Positions 47,483 to 62,632 are shown, counted from the first letter of the stretch. The stretch is 64,000 nucleotides of DNA from the human T2T-CHM13v2.0 reference genome, Homo sapiens (GCF_009914755.1 NC_060930.1), one strand, 5' to 3'. Notes: generated by a model from the letters alone, not told the origin. Made by a program: numbers and translations.

Positions 47483-48852
47483 ATGACTTTTTTTTTAGCA
47501 AACACTTTCTTCCAATCTAGGCTTTAAGAATCTAGTTAAAATTTCTTTTAACTAAAGGAATAAACTTTTAAAGTACATGGAAAGAGATTCAGAAAGACCT
47601 TTTTCATGAAATCAATTCATGAAGTAACTAGGTAAATTATAAATCATTATCTATTTAGAAAGAAAATACGCAAAGAACTACTAAACAACACTGGTTATCT
47701 TTGGGTGTTAATGGACACATGCAATGATAATAGCTAACATTCACATGTTAAGCCCTTGAGTTTCATTATCTCCTCTAAGCCCTAGAACCATCCTAGGCAG
47801 TGGACACTTTTATTACCCGCCTTCTAATAAATAAAGAAATGGAGGTGAAGGAGCTACATAATGTACCCACAAGTGACAGATTGAGGACTCCAACCTCCAT
47901 CCACCTGAGAGCAAAGATTCTCTATCTCCTCAGTCTGCTGCCTCCTTTCCAATTAATAGTTGACTGAACTTCGGTAGATTCTTCCTCTGGCAGGTATTCC
48001 ACAATCATGAAACATCCTCTTCACTTTCTTGTTTCAAAGTGAGGAGTTGGCTTGATGAATTGGCTCAGAGCCCATCCTAAAATATGTACGTGTCGGTAAG
48101 ATTCTTTTGCCTCCCCAAAGCAGACCGGTTATCACATGGAAAAAGGAGTCTCACTCACAAGCCACACGCTGGATTCTGTGAGGTTAAAACTTTTGATTCT
48201 TAGAAGGACATGAGGATAGAGCACTGATGTTCTGTAAACAAAATGATGGTCTGTAAACAAAATTCAAGGTATCCTCAGCCCAGCCCGAATCCCCTGTTTA
48301 TTCCTCTGAAAGCACATTTATGAAACAAGCTCTGCAAAAATGCCAGTCATCTCTAAGGCACCACAGTAAGGCAAGGAGCTATGTAGTGTTATCCTTTTGA
48401 AGTGCTTTCTAAACGCTTAACTCCCTTGGGTCAGTTGATTCACCATCCACCTCTGTCCCCTTTGCTTATTATTTCTCTCACCTCAGATGGCTTTCCTTCT
48501 GCTAACCCACAATCGTTAAAAACATACTGAACACTTTCTAGATTATTCTTAGTCATTTTTCAATGCCCGGCTCAAGACATTTGTCTTTCTATAACCACTG
48601 CAGCTCACTCTTTCCCCAAAGTGCCTCGGGCCAGGACTCCCATCAAGGTGGGCTTACCTATGTGCTCTCTGACCCCCTGTAATGTTGCCTCATTTGTGTG
48701 AGTCTCGGCTTTCGTAACTATTAATAGATGACAGATGTTCTTAAAACCTTCTAGAGAAATCTCTCAAGGCAGTGCACATAGTGCCAGATACAAAATATCA
48801 TGCTTGCTCTCATTTTTCTCTAATTGAGTGAGGACTAAAGAACACTGGCATG

Positions 48853-49078
48853 TTTTTTTTGTTTTTGTTTTCTTATTTTTTTGTTTTTATTACTAAAGTT
48901 TTAGGGTACATGTGCACAATGTGCAGGTTTGTTACATATGTACACATGTGCCATGTTGGTGTGCTGCAACCATTAACTCGTCATTTAGCATTAGGTATAT
49001 CTCCTAATGCTATCCCTCCCCCCTCCCCCAACCCCACAACAGGCCCCAGTGTGTGATGTTCCCCTTCCTGTGTCCATG
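48853..49078 (-). mobile_element. Short L1PA 3'UTR insertion
   Basis: L1PA terminal sequence; TSD gaacac(t/a)ggcatgttttt. Confidence 0.9.
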
Positions 49079-49448
49079 GAACACAGGCATGTTTTTAACG
49101 TTGATTTTATTTTTAAACATCTTGCCTTTTGGTCTTGAGAGTCAAGATATTAGCCATGTAATTGAACCAGAAGCTTTAGATATTATTAAAGAGAACAGGA
49201 GTCTATAGAGTTCAGCCAAGGGTGCCCACTGAGAAGCTCCATGCTAGTTTATTTGTGACTTTCTCAGGGAAGAGAATTAGGTCTGTCCTACTGCAAACTG
49301 AAATAGAATAAAGTAGGATAGTATACTAACTCTTGGCAAAAAATTCTCAGCCATTCTTAATGACATCCATACCTCCAGTTCCATGCCCTGTTCAAGCATT
49401 TCGTATACCTCTGTTTTCAGTAGGAATGCCACAAACTGGTATGGAGCT

Positions 49449-49581
49449 TTTATTATTTTATTTTATTTTTTATTTTATTTTATTTTATTTACTTTATTTT
49501 ATTTTGAGATAGGGGTCTATGTTGCCCAGTCTGGTCTTGAACTCCTGGCCTCAAGCAATCCTCCCACCTTGGCCTCCTGGG
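49449..49581 (-). mobile_element. FLAM/Alu monomer fragment
   Basis: (TTTTA)n tail; gttgcccagtctggtcttgaactcctggcctcaag. Confidence 0.8.
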
Positions 49582-50346
49582 TAAGGATCTTTGTAATGAA
49601 TATTATTATTTGGATGACAGACTGCAGGAAGCCCAGAATCCACCCCATTTTCTTGGCATCATAATTACTCTTTGAGAAATTGTGCTGTACACTTTGTATA
49701 AAATGAGAGCATGTAAATCAAGCAATAATAACAACAATCCTCCCATAGTATGTCAAACTCACGAGGCATTTCCTTCTCCTCCAAACCCTCCTTTCTCTCA
49801 GACAAACCAAGTAATTGAAGACATGTATTTTCAAGGAACATGGCTAAGAGCAGACTGTTTCTTTACCACATCAAACTTCTGTGCAGAAGTTAAGAAAGGA
49901 GAATCACTCTAATGCTTATTCCTAATGACTGTGATAGACTTTCTGCCTTGAATGGTGCATTTCCATTTGTAAGCTCCATTTATAGAATCACACAAGTTTT
50001 TGCCTTCCTCTGAAACCTAACACCCTGATCTTACCCTTTTTTGTATACATCACTCTTGGTGGAAATTTTCAACAACCACAAAGGTGGGGGAAAGGGCGTG
50101 GCGTACACTGACTCCTTAGTCATGTTTCCTGATGTTGCCATTTTAGTGTATTTTAAGTATTTACTTATGGCAACAATTATAGTTCACAAAGCACTGTTCT
50201 CTTTTTCCATCCGGCAGACCCCCTTGGTGTGCTCTACTACAAAAGGCAGTTTTCTGAATCACTGCTATTAATCAGTAAAGAATTGATGTCCCTATTTGGT
50301 GAATAGCAAACTGCTCCTATTGCTCTCTGAACTGAACTGAACAATC

Positions 50347-50502
50347 TTTTTTTTTTTTTTTTTTTTTTACTTTAAGTTCTGGGACAAATGTGCAGAACGT
50401 GCAGGTTTGTTACATAAGTATACATGTATCACGGTGGTTTGTTGTACCCTTCAACCCGTCATCTAGGTTTTAAGCCCCAAATGCATTAGGTATTTGTCCA
50501 AA
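50347..50502 (-). mobile_element. Short L1PA 3' end
   Basis: T-tail followed by tactttaagttctggga ... gtgcaggtttgttacata. Confidence 0.85.
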
Positions 50503-50759
50503 TGGAACTCAGCAGTCAGCAAAATATATTAAATTTGTCAGTTCTAGAATAACTCTTGTTGCCTACCTCCACATTCACATTGGTGATGTCTACTCCCTGT
50601 CCTCACTCCTGAGCACCTGTCACCTCAGACCACACCACTGAAGCTGACCACCCCATGACCCCCAACCAAGAAAGGGTAAGCCAACACAGAGAAGCCAGGG
50701 TGGGCGCTCAGAGAGACTCCTGGGTCTGGTCACTTCTGTGGGTCCACTAAGCCTGTTCC

Positions 50760-51100
50760 TGGTACCCCAATATCACTAAGTGGCCCAACTTAGAAATACT
50801 AGAATCAACTCCTCTGCCTTCCCCCTTATTCCACAGGTCAGCAGGGACCAAATCCTATCAATTCTATTTCCTGGTTATGCTACTTGAATCCTTCCCTTTC
50901 TGCCTCTCCAGCAAGTCTGGCTCTGCCGTCACTCACCCCTCGTGCCCTCTCACCCAGATGTCTGCCTGCTCTCATGGTTCTCCAATCACCTCTCCAGAAT
51001 GCCACAAAAGCTGGCTCTAGAAAATACAGATCTGATCCTTGTACTCTCCAAACTGAAAACCATGGTGACTGCAGTATACTCTCCAAACTATCACTAAAGA
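50760..51100 (+). mobile_element. L2 relic
   Basis: Degenerate L2 3' motifs (ccaaatcctatcaattct, ctagaaaatacagatctgatc). Strand call tentative. Confidence 0.45.
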
Positions 51101-52659
51101 GGAAGGGGGATGTGAAACATATACAGTACATTACTCTCTGCGATCTTCCTCTGTGCTATCAACAAGCAAGAAAAAAGAGATCTGGAGAAAACAGATGTGG
51201 AGGATACATGCAGAGGACCAAGAACCAAGATTTTATTCAGATTTCCTTCCGTTTTTACTTGGCTCATCTATATTTTGGGTCAGTTTTTTAGAACTCAATT
51301 TGACTTTTAATCATTAAAAATGATCCTAGAAGCATGTCCTGTGAGGCACTGCCAAGTCGCATTGATGCATTTCATTACTGCTTGAAAGGCCACATATTCA
51401 AAACACTACTAGAAGTCAGGCTAAAGAAAATAAAATGATTTTGGATATTTTTAAGCAGTTACTAAAACAGAAACAAATGTTATTTTTAATCTCTGGCTCA
51501 CTGTAAACTGACAAGATATGAATATGAATTTTACCAAGTAATGTATAATAACTGCTTCTGCTCACCACAACCACATGCCAACAACTCAATTTTATATTTC
51601 ATTTCGATGTTACATGTGGAACATATAATCTAGATTACAAACCATCCTCATTACAGTCCATTTACTCTAGCTAATTTTTGATAGCATGACATCATTAGCA
51701 TAAAAAAGCTTAGTGAATAACTATTCTGAAATTTGCTTTTATAAAAGTCCTTGCAAAGTTTTACATTTCTAAACAAGTGAAAACCAATAGCTGAAAAATT
51801 GTAAGATGATGCCATAATTGTCCAAATGTTGCTCAGTTCACCAACAGGCTTACTGAGTAGGTTCTTTAGAAAGAAATTCTGCCAGGTAGTTTGTAATAAG
51901 AAGTATCTGCTATGGATCATGCCTTTACAAAGTTTACATTCCAGCAGGGAGGAAAGCATGTACACAATTGGCACTTTTCTTTTCTTTCTTTTTTTTTTTT
52001 TTTGCAGTAACGTAACAGAATAAGAGAAGTACAAAAGAGCTACAAAGTCTCAAAAGAGGAACCATTTTATGCAGGAGAGGGTATCAGGAAAGATTCTGGT
52101 AAGAAAGTGGGCCTCAGGAGCTAGGCAGATGGGAATTTTGAACTCTAAGTGTCTATTTCTGAAGTGAAACTAATCAATGTGTTTCTACAGTTAACATTTA
52201 TTGAGCAACTACTATGTGTCACAAAGTTCATAAATGTTATCTCTAAGCTTCCAAACAAACATGGAATGACAGCCTGGTTACAAATGATTAAAAAGGGACT
52301 CACAGAGTCTATTAACATTCCCAAGAGTCATTAGTTCTTACTGAACATTAGTAAGCCAAAGGCATATTTATATCAACACAAGAGTTAATCACACAGAAAA
52401 GATGACAGTCTTAATTCGAACAATCAAGGGTCAAAATCATTATATATTTTGAATACGAATATGGTTGAATATGACAAGGATTTGAATACGTCAAAACACA
52501 AATCACATTCCCTGACATGTAACTGAAATGACAAGAATATCAAGAACTTAAGTACATGTTTATTCTAACCTCTAACATCAGTATTATGCAATGATTTCAT
52601 TTTAAACTAAATGATTAAAATGTACCTTTGTTTTAAAATAGGTATTTGAGTTTCTACAG

Positions 52660-52833
52660 CAGTGTTTCTCCAAGTGTGAGCCAAGGACCTTTTATGTTAA
52701 ATGAATCACAGGAGGGTGCTCGTTAAAAGTACAACTCCTGGGCCCCACCCCTGACCTATTTAACATACTTTAAGGCCCAGGAATCTGAATTTTCAACAGG
52801 ACTAAGTTGTATATTCAAGTCCTAGGGCCTCTG
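52660..52833. mobile_element. MER5A (hAT)
   Basis: cagtgtttctccaagtgtg ... ctcctgggccccacccc ... ggcccaggaatctg. Confidence 0.7.
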
Positions 52834-53108
52834 GTCTAGAGTTTCCTCCCCACACCTTTCCCCCCAACACGTTTCCCTCTTGTTTACTCCCTTACTGAAA
52901 TGTGTCTTTGCCAATTTAAACAATTACTTTTCAACATCCTCCAAATGTTTTCTGTGTCATACTGCATTAAAAGAAAAATTACTTCTAAACACTAAAATTA
53001 TACCACAGGAAAAAAAAAGGCTTTTTTAAAAACCCATTTTTATAACACTTCTTTTGCTACATCTAGCTCAAGTCAGCAAAATGTGGCTCTAGTAAATGCC
53101 TTGGAGTC

Positions 53109-53921
53109 TGTGGTAGGCACAACAAGGGACCTTCAAACATACCCACGTCCTAATCCCCAGAATCAGTCTGTGAATTCGTGGTAAAAGCGATTTCACAGAT
53201 GTGATGACATTAAGGATCTGGAGATGGGGAGATGATACAGGTGGGTCCAATGTAATCGCAAGGAAGTTTAAAAGTCTGAGAAGGAGGAAGAAGTGTCAGA
53301 GGAAGATTCAACTATGGAAACACAGCACAGAGAGATGCAACATTGATGGCTTTGAAGATAGGGGAAGGGGCCAGGAGCCAAGAAATACAATGGCATCTAG
53401 ACAATGGAAAAAGGTGGGCCAGGCACGATGGTTCATGCCTGTGATCCCAGCACTCTGGGAGGCCGAGGCGGGTGGATCGCCTGAGGTCGAGAGTTCGAGA
53501 CCAGCCTGGCCAACATGGAGAAACCCCACTCTAGTAAAAATATAAAATTTAGTTGGGTATGGTGCTGGGCTACTCCCAGCTACTTGGGAGGCTGAGGCAG
53601 GAGAATTGCTTGAACCTTGGAGACGGAGGTGGCACTGAGCCAATATGTGCCACTGCACTCCAGCCTGGGCGACAGAATGAGACTCCGTTCCCCCCCGCCA
53701 AAAAAAAAAAAAAAAGAAAAGAAAAGAAAGAAAACGGAAAAGGCAAGGATATGAATTATTCTCTAGAGTCCCTACAGAGAATGAGCCTGGCTGACACTTT
53801 GATTTCAGCCTGGTGAGACCTGTATTGGATTTCTGACCTGCAGAACTGTCAGATAAAAACAGTTGCTTTAAGCCACAAAGTTCCTGATAAGTTGTTACAG
53901 CAGCAATGAAAAACTAACACA
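53109..53921 (+). mobile_element. MLT1D-like solo LTR interrupted by an Alu
   Basis: tgtggtaggca start; cacgtcctaatccccagaa; tttaagccacaaagtt ... aaactaacaca end. Confidence 0.85.
53417..53734 (+). mobile_element. AluS
   Basis: Dimer; TSD approximately ggaaaagg. Confidence 0.95.
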
Positions 53922-54209
53922 GGTGCTTTGAAGAAACTCAGGTCACCTCTAACACAAAGGCCATGGCCCAGCCAGCCACCCACATACTTTCCGGCTTTAC
54001 CAAACACATAAAGACAGAATCCCAAATATTAATTTGGCACAAATGGGATATGGCCCGGGTAGTTTATTTTCATGCAATGCTGCTACCTCTTTTCTCCGTT
54101 TCCTTCCTTATCCTGCTCTTCCCACTCACGCCTGCAGCTTACCTCCTCACCTTTGTCAAGGCAGGCTGATTTATCAGCTTGGAAACTATGAGAAGGAAAG
54201 GGTCTAAGG

Positions 54210-54646
54210 CAGGGTTTCTCAACTCCAGCACTATTAACATTTTGGGCCAGATGATCCTTGGTTGAGGCAGAGGACTGTTTGGTGCATTGTAGGATATGAT
54301 ATTGATTGATTGATTGATTTTTAAAAATCATTCATTCATTCATTCATTCAAGAGACCCCTGACTCTGCTGCCCAGGCTGGAGTGTAGTGACGCCATCACA
54401 GCTCACTGCAGCCTCAAACTCCTGAGCTCAGGCGATCCTCCTGCCTCGACCTCCTAAAGTGCTGGGATTACAGGTGTGAGCCAATGCCCCCAGCCCCATT
54501 GCAGGATGTTCAGCAGCATTTCTGGCCTCTACTCACTAGATGCCAGTATTGCTACCTTGTTTTCCCATTTGGGACGATCAAAAAGTGTCTCCAAACATTG
54601 CCAAATGTCCTGAGAGGGCAAAATGGTCCCCAGTTGAGATCCACTG
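54210..54646 (+). mobile_element. MER20 (hAT) interrupted by an Alu fragment
   Basis: cagggtttctcaac ... cactattaacattttgggccagat ... cagttgagatccactg. Confidence 0.85.
54329..54495 (-). mobile_element. AluJ/FRAM-like monomer
   Basis: (CATT)n tail; gctcactgcagcctcaaactcctgagctca. Confidence 0.8.
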
Positions 54647-55011
54647 GTTGACAGCATGTGGCAGTTAATGTGGTGGTCTGTGTTCTCTCCATCAGTTCCC
54701 TCCCATACATGGAAATGCTCTAACGTGTTTTATATATATATATATTCTTACATTGCTGCTGGTCTCATTCAAATGAGTCTCCCAAGGATTCAGTCTGTTT
54801 GACATTTTAAAACAGCTCAAACTCAGAATTCAACCACAGGACTTTTTTTTAAAATGGCCCCACTATACTTATTCCCAGCCACAGGCAAGGGAAACATGGC
54901 TTTTCCACAATGACCCGCAGCCCAACCTAGCCAACAAGCTCACAATTCATCCATACTGCTGCTACAGAGGCGACAGAGGTCAGCACTTGCTATTTGACTG
55001 TTACAGAGAAC

Positions 55012-55335
55012 TTTCTTTTTTTTTTTTTTTTTTTTTTTTGAGACGGAGTCTCGCTCTGTTGCCAGGCTGGAGTGCAGTGGTGTGATCTCGGCTCACTGCA
55101 ACACTGCAAGCTCCGCCTCATGGGTTCAAGCGATTCTCCTGCCTCAGCCTCCCAAGTAGCTGGGATTACAGGCGCCCACCACCACGCCCAGCTAATTTTT
55201 TTTTTTTTTGTATTTTTAGTAGAGACGGGGTTTCACTGTATTAGCTAGGCTGGTCTCAAACTCCTCACCTCATGATCTGCCCACCTTGGCCTCCGAAAAT
55301 GCTGGGATTATAGGCTTGAGCCACCACGCCCTGCC
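55012..55335 (-). mobile_element. AluS (Sg/Sc-like)
   Basis: Reverse dimer; cactgcaa duplication; TSD tacagagaactt. Confidence 0.95.
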
Positions 55336-56277
55336 TACAGAGAACTTCCTAAAGTTCACTGCAACTTTATTACCTAGATTTCATTAATAAAAATCCTTTC
55401 AATCAGAAGGTTTAGCACAGTGTAGACCAAAGAGATCATTCACTGAAAGGCTGGCTCTGATGGCAAAACAGATGGTTTGGAATGAGATCCTGGGAAATGG
55501 CCACTGTACTGGAGTAAGAAATCAATGCTCCTAGAGAAACAGATCATTTCCTCAGCAAGTTTTTGCCAAGAACATGACTTAAACAAACATGTGAAAAGAT
55601 CCTGTTTTGTGTAGTTCTGAATTCTGCTCAGACTTTCAATTTCAAAATAACAAAGCAGTAAACTGGAAACATAGCCCCCATTCTTTCTGAAATCTTAAAC
55701 AGACTGCAGCTTCCAAGGTTGGATGTGAAATTCAGAGGCACACAACTCTTTTGGTAGAAAGCTGCAGCCCAGCAGAGCTCTCTGAAGTCTAGGGGGAGGT
55801 GGGTGTCTGTGTTGTAGATTGGTGACTTTATAGAATGTGCTTCCAGGAATGTGAGCATACACACCCCTGGCAACTGAAAGTAACCAATGGCTTTTTAACA
55901 GATCCACTTTATTTCAACGTTTGGAGATTAACCCGCAATCAAATACTGCCGTATGAGTCCGTGCTAAGACTTCATCATTTCACATTTTCTGTCAAAAGCC
56001 TTTCTTCAATTGCACCATAGTCCCATAAAATCTGAAAATATCACATGACTGAGGATCTAAGAGCCAAGGTCCTGAATCACACAACATACTCATTAGGGAA
56101 TCTTCTCCCTTTCCCCCTTTCAGATATTTTAAAATTAAAACGAAGGGTGGAGGGAATTTATATGTAATGATATTGGCCTGGTGGCAGTCAACTTATGGCA
56201 CACATGAAGGCGAAAGGAGCAGGGAAAGTTTTTTCAGGGAGAGGTGGAGATGGAGCCTACATATATTTAAAATTGGA

Positions 56278-56662
<385 letters not shown>

Positions 56663-59381
56663 TCATCATACATGTCTCCAATATAGAAAAATGCTGCATT
56701 CCCAAATGCTGCATTATGAATGAAAACATCAAGGCAGGTAACACCATGAAGCCTGTGTCTCTAATCTGGCTACCCAAATAAGGCTACTAATGCTCATCAA
56801 CAGGGTAGTATTACATTGGTAAGTGTGAGTGAGTTTGCAATTCGATGAAAAAAATATATATACAACTGAAGATTTCTAAAAGATAATTCACTAACTTACA
56901 TTCACCCTTTTACATGGCTAGTCAAGAAGAGCAAAAGAATGCTCTTACATGGACTGAGACTCAGGTTTTAAGACCCTGCCAGATTTAATAACCTCTAACT
57001 TTTTACCTTGAAAGTTACTGAAGTATATAACACAGTTGTATAAAATCAATGTACAAAGTAGTACATTATTTCAAAACCCACAATTAACAGCCTATGAAAA
57101 CCAACTCTTTCTGGTATTAGCACTAGTTTCATACATCCTTTTAAATGTTAGGGACATTGAAACATCTTACTTCTTCATTACTGAGTGCCTACTTTGTGCT
57201 AGGCCCTGAGGATACACATGAGTAAAATATGGTCCTTGCACTCTCCATCTAGTTGTGGGGAAAATAAACAAACAATGGCAGAGTATGCCACGATTATGAA
57301 AGAGGAAAGCAGTCTGAGTGGTGGAATGGATTCTTCTTCCTATAAAAAGAATATAAAATTGGGTTTCCTATCCTGATTCCCAACTCACAAATTAAAGTTT
57401 CGGTTATGGACTGCTTGTTGTGATAAAATAATTTTAGTATGATTCCTTCTGGTTGGAAACATCTTCCTACCAGATTTAACTACAAAACTGACCTCTACTC
57501 TGGAATGTTCAACTGGCCAAGAAAAGTGTTACATCAACACCAATCACTTTTTTTTTTTCTATTCCATCACAAGATTGGGGATATCATTGTGTTCCTTTCC
57601 TCTTATGTCCACTGAACCCTCTGCTGTATTTTGTAGCCTTTCAGATCTAGGCGTTTGTCTCATTTTGCTGTTTCATTTTATTTTCACTTAACTAGTTAAC
57701 ACTTTTTTTAAAACAATGAATGAATCATGTCTGTAGTGGCCACTGCGAGCAAAGCACCATGGGAAATGTAAAAAGGAACAAGAGGTTGTCCTTGTCCTTA
57801 AAGATTTCCAACCTGAGTCAGGGAGACAAACATGTAAACAAACAATACGGTGTGAATCAAGGGGAATGTGGGTGAGCGCTGAGAGATGACGAGCAAAGAA
57901 CTCTGCTGGCAGAGAGCTCCCAGCTGCAACACAGGCATTAATTACGTGTGCTCTGGGAGAGGGGAGTCTTCTATTTTTTGATTCCCCTCCCCAGAATCAG
58001 TGCTATTTGAAAATCCCATGTAGGTAAGAGGACAGGGAGGCATACAAAGCCTAGCCATGTTATTTTTACAAGTCAAATATGCTACTGCGTTTATCTAATA
58101 CTTAGATAAAAATTATTTTTCAGGCCATTGCTTATTGAATTTTCTCTCTGTGTCCTCATCATTAGGTCAGGAGTGGTTTCCAGTAGGTGCTCCACAAAGA
58201 GCAAAAAGATGGGGATACAAAACTTGTATAGTAGAATTTTTTTTCCAAGTCCTATTTATCTCATCTGTTTTGCCTGTATCTTGCTTCATTCACACCAGAA
58301 AAAGCTGACACATTTGTGCCGTTGTCTGCTGAAGGTTAGTCTTCATGAAATTTAACATGAACATTTGTCCTTTCAAGCAGCTAATTCCTTTTTAAGCAGC
58401 TAAATGTTCACCTATGTCTTTCACGGGATGACTAATTGTGAATGTAAGCAAGACAACTGATGAAATTCAGATATAATTGTTTACAATTTTCTATTACTGC
58501 TCTTAATTCATTCTGTTTCTGTCAACTATCATACCCTATTTTCTATATTTACAGTGCACTTGAAATTGTTTATGCAACTTAAAAAAATTAAATGGTCATC
58601 TGAAAAGTGTTTGGTGCACTCGAATGAGATTTTTTTCTTGCAACTTTTATCAGGGGCTGTTTGCCTAAAAACTTGCTGCTCTAGCCAAAATGTTTTTAGC
58701 ACAAAATTCTAGCAATAACCTCAGAGCTATCTTTTCTTTGCCACTTAATTTTACCAACAGCAAAAAGAAGGGAAAAAAAAGTCTCTTCATTTTGCCATTG
58801 CATGGCAAAAATGCACATTAACTTAACTCTTCTATGGCAGAAATACAAATGAAATATGTCCAATGCCAATGTTTAAGTTACTTTTAGGATTTCCGTTGAC
58901 TATCTTATTTTTTCATAATCTGACTTCTTGGATATCTATTTTAATTCCTTTTGATTTTGAGAAAATGTACATGTTTGTACCAATTCTAAAGTCTCAGCCA
59001 ACTATTCAATATTTTCAGCGATTTAGGTAAATCTTACTTCAAATTCTTACTAACAATGCCACATAGTATACCAATCATTATCATTTTTATTCTATCTTAT
59101 ATTAGAAGATGGCTTTTAAGCCAAAATGTTATTTTCTTACAGTTAGTTTGATATGCTATGCTCACAGAGAACCTGGCTGTCTTTTGGCTGGGATGTTCCC
59201 AGCTAAAAATGAGAAATCAGAGACAGAAAGCTGAGTAGGAACATAGGATGTGGAATTAAGATTGACCTTTATAGAATATTTTTATCATTCCTAAGAGATT
59301 GGAATATTCAGCATACTAATAATTTTCTGATTTAAATATAAGTAGACATCACCATATTAATTTCACCAAAAAAAATGTTTA

Positions 59382-59729
<348 letters not shown>

Positions 59730-59750
59730 GAAAGGAGTGATGGAAGAAAA

Positions 59751-60084
59751 GATGGATGGATGGATGAATAGATGGATGGATAGGTGGGAGGGTGGATGGA
59801 TGGACAAATAGATAGATGGATGAATGGATGGGTGGATGGATGAATAGATGGATGGAAGGATAGATGAATGGATGGGTGGGTGGGTGGACGGATGGGTGGA
59901 AGGATGGATGAATAGATGGATGGATGGGTGGGTGGATGGATGGATGGATGAGTGAGTGGGTGGATGGATGGATGGATGGATGGATGGATGGATGGATGGA
60001 TATATGGGTGGGTGGATAGGTGGATGGGAGGATAGATAGATGGATAGGTGGGTGGGTGGATGGATGGATGGATGGATGGATGGA
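59751..60084. repeat. Imperfect (GGAT/GGGT/AGAT)n tetranucleotide array, ~330 bp
   Basis: Directly visible; source of the HPSI-repeat pseudo-ORFs. Confidence 0.95.
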
Positions 60085-62632
60085 AGAATACAAGGGAGGA
60101 AGGAAAAAAGGGAGAAAGGGGGGACAGAAGTAGGGAGGCAAAGAGAAGGGAAATATAGTGGAGTGAGTTTTTATGTGGGCGGTTAAGTTCAAAAGTTAAG
60201 CAAAAGTCATACATAGTCAAAATTAACTTTGAAAATCCTTTGGCTTTCCCACAAGACACTCCACTCAGGATTTTATGTATACTGCACAATCCTTTACTGC
60301 ACTTTTCATGTACACTGAAGTGTGATAACTATTGGGTTAGACTACAAGAAAGAACTCAATGGAAGAACACATGTAAAAGTCTGTACATTCAAACCATTCC
60401 TCTTTTAAAATTAAGTATTGTATCACTACAGTTAAACGGGGGGATTAGATAAAGATAAGTAAAATATTGGTGTTTTCCAGCAAGTATTACTTCATTCTGT
60501 TGTAATAGTAAGCTTCTTTAACTTTAATGAATATTAACAAATGTACTGTTGTTAAAGTTAAAGGAACTGTAGGATCTCCTATTGAGTTCATAATGTGGTA
60601 ATATTAAGAGTAATTTTTAAAATAATTTCTTTTAAAGATAAATATTTAATGTGATTGCTATATTATCTGCCTTTTCAAAAAGTTAAAGCACATAGTCAAG
60701 TAAGTGTCAAAAATTTGCCAAGGCCCAATACACCTTTATTTTTCTTTCCTAGTTTTTCACTGTCTTGAAGTCTTTTACCCACAGTCTCCCATATTCAATA
60801 CAGATAATAAATTCTATCAGAATGTGTAAAGTTCAAATAGGTATCAGAGGCTGCTGCCCTGCCTCTTTGCTCTGTACTCTTGTTTTTTTCTGGTGGGAGC
60901 AGAATTGGCCTGTGTAGAGGGTCAGGGGTAGACCCAGGCATCTTTGGGACACTGTAACTAATTATCACAACATTTGCTTTCAGAAGCCCCAGAAAGGCCC
61001 CCTACCCCCCAAACATGTCCTTCTGTTCCTTCCTTTTCTTTCTTTTCCTTCTCTAATCTACAGTGTGCTGAGTTCCAAAGCAAATTCTCATCCATTATAC
61101 TTTTCAGCTTCTTTTTTGAAACATACATTCCTCCGGGAGGATTAACAAACTGAGATACTAACAAGCTGTGTGGTTCATTCATCAGACCCTTCAAGGGAAG
61201 AAGGACCCAGGGCAGCTCTGACACTGGGGCAGGGGTGAGGCATCACCCAAGAGAGAGCAAGGGGCAGGTTCCAGAAAACAAGGGAAACCAGTTACTGTCC
61301 TATGCTCCAACTGCCTAAACCTTAAAATGAAACAAATACAAGTAATGGGTGTTTTTCACTGTTATATACAAGGCAGCCTATTGGCCACATAATTCTTAAA
61401 CAACCAGAAAAAAGCTGAAGTATGACCATCAATACGGGACATGGAACATGCCAAAAGATCGAAAGATTCTTTCTTCTCCCTCTTTAGGACTAAACAGCTG
61501 TGGGCATAAAGAAAAAATCAATTCCATTATTTTAGAAAGCATAATATTCCACCCTTCATTATTTCTTTGAGAATGGTTGGAATTATTACATCTACGAGAG
61601 GTTAGCCTCTATCGATTGAGTGATTTCATTAAAAAAATTAAACCAGTGATTGAGCTAAAATGAGTGGCCAAGCTACAAGACCAAAAATTGTGTGTGGTCA
61701 ACAGGTGAGAGGAATGTGGAATATAGGAGCTACCTAATCAATTCCAAAGGAAGGGAGACATGACGATGATGATTGTTATTTCTCCCCACCAATGGGACAG
61801 TGCTCCAGTAGACCCCAGGATCTTCTATTTAATCGCTGTTGTAAGACTCTATCTCTGTTCCTCTTGGAAGAAAAGGTGCCACTGAGGACAAGGGAACAAG
61901 AATCTGTGTCAATCAACAATGCCCCTGAAGTAAACCAGGCAGGTCCGCACTGCACAGTCTCAGCTGTAATTCTATCCCAAGAAACCAGAGCACAGGACCA
62001 GAGCCACACTTAAGCCTGCAGTGTAGGGTGACGCCATGGGGCCACGTGACAGCCTGCCTCTCCAAAGCTGTTACTGTCAGTAGTATTTAGAGGAAAGGAA
62101 AAAAGTTGTAACAAGTGTAACACGAACATTAAGGAATACCAAGTCAGAGCCAATTAGGACGATAATTTGGCACTCCTGCCTCATGCATATGAAAAAGGAT
62201 CCGCCATCAATGAGCAATAATGCATGGGATTTGTGGGAATGCTCTAACTTCAATACATCAAAGACGCTGCTGCACACCTCCGTCTTTTTTATTCCCATTA
62301 GCTCACCCTTGTCTGGATGAAAGAGCTCAGTGAATCAACTGCTTCTGTTGAACTGTTTATATATTTTTCAAGTCATGATTAGGCCATTAGTCACTGAGCA
62401 TATTGCACAGTAAACTAGAGTAACTGCCATTATGCAACTTCCCAAGAACATACAGAGAGCATTTACAGTGAGGCCACAGTGCCAGCAAAATGTGCAACGG
62501 AGACTATTTATCAGCAATTATAAGAACTGTGCATTTAAATGCCAAATAAAATATACACGTGGCAGATACAGAAGTTGAGGGGGAAAAGATGCATGATTAA
62601 AGTACCAATATCTGCTCTTCTGAATGTATTAG

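Noticed and set aside
58790-58810. 9-bp inverted repeat ttttgccat-tgc-atggcaaaa
   Set aside because: Short enough to occur by chance in 64 kb; spacing fits neither the RFX nor the NFI consensus.
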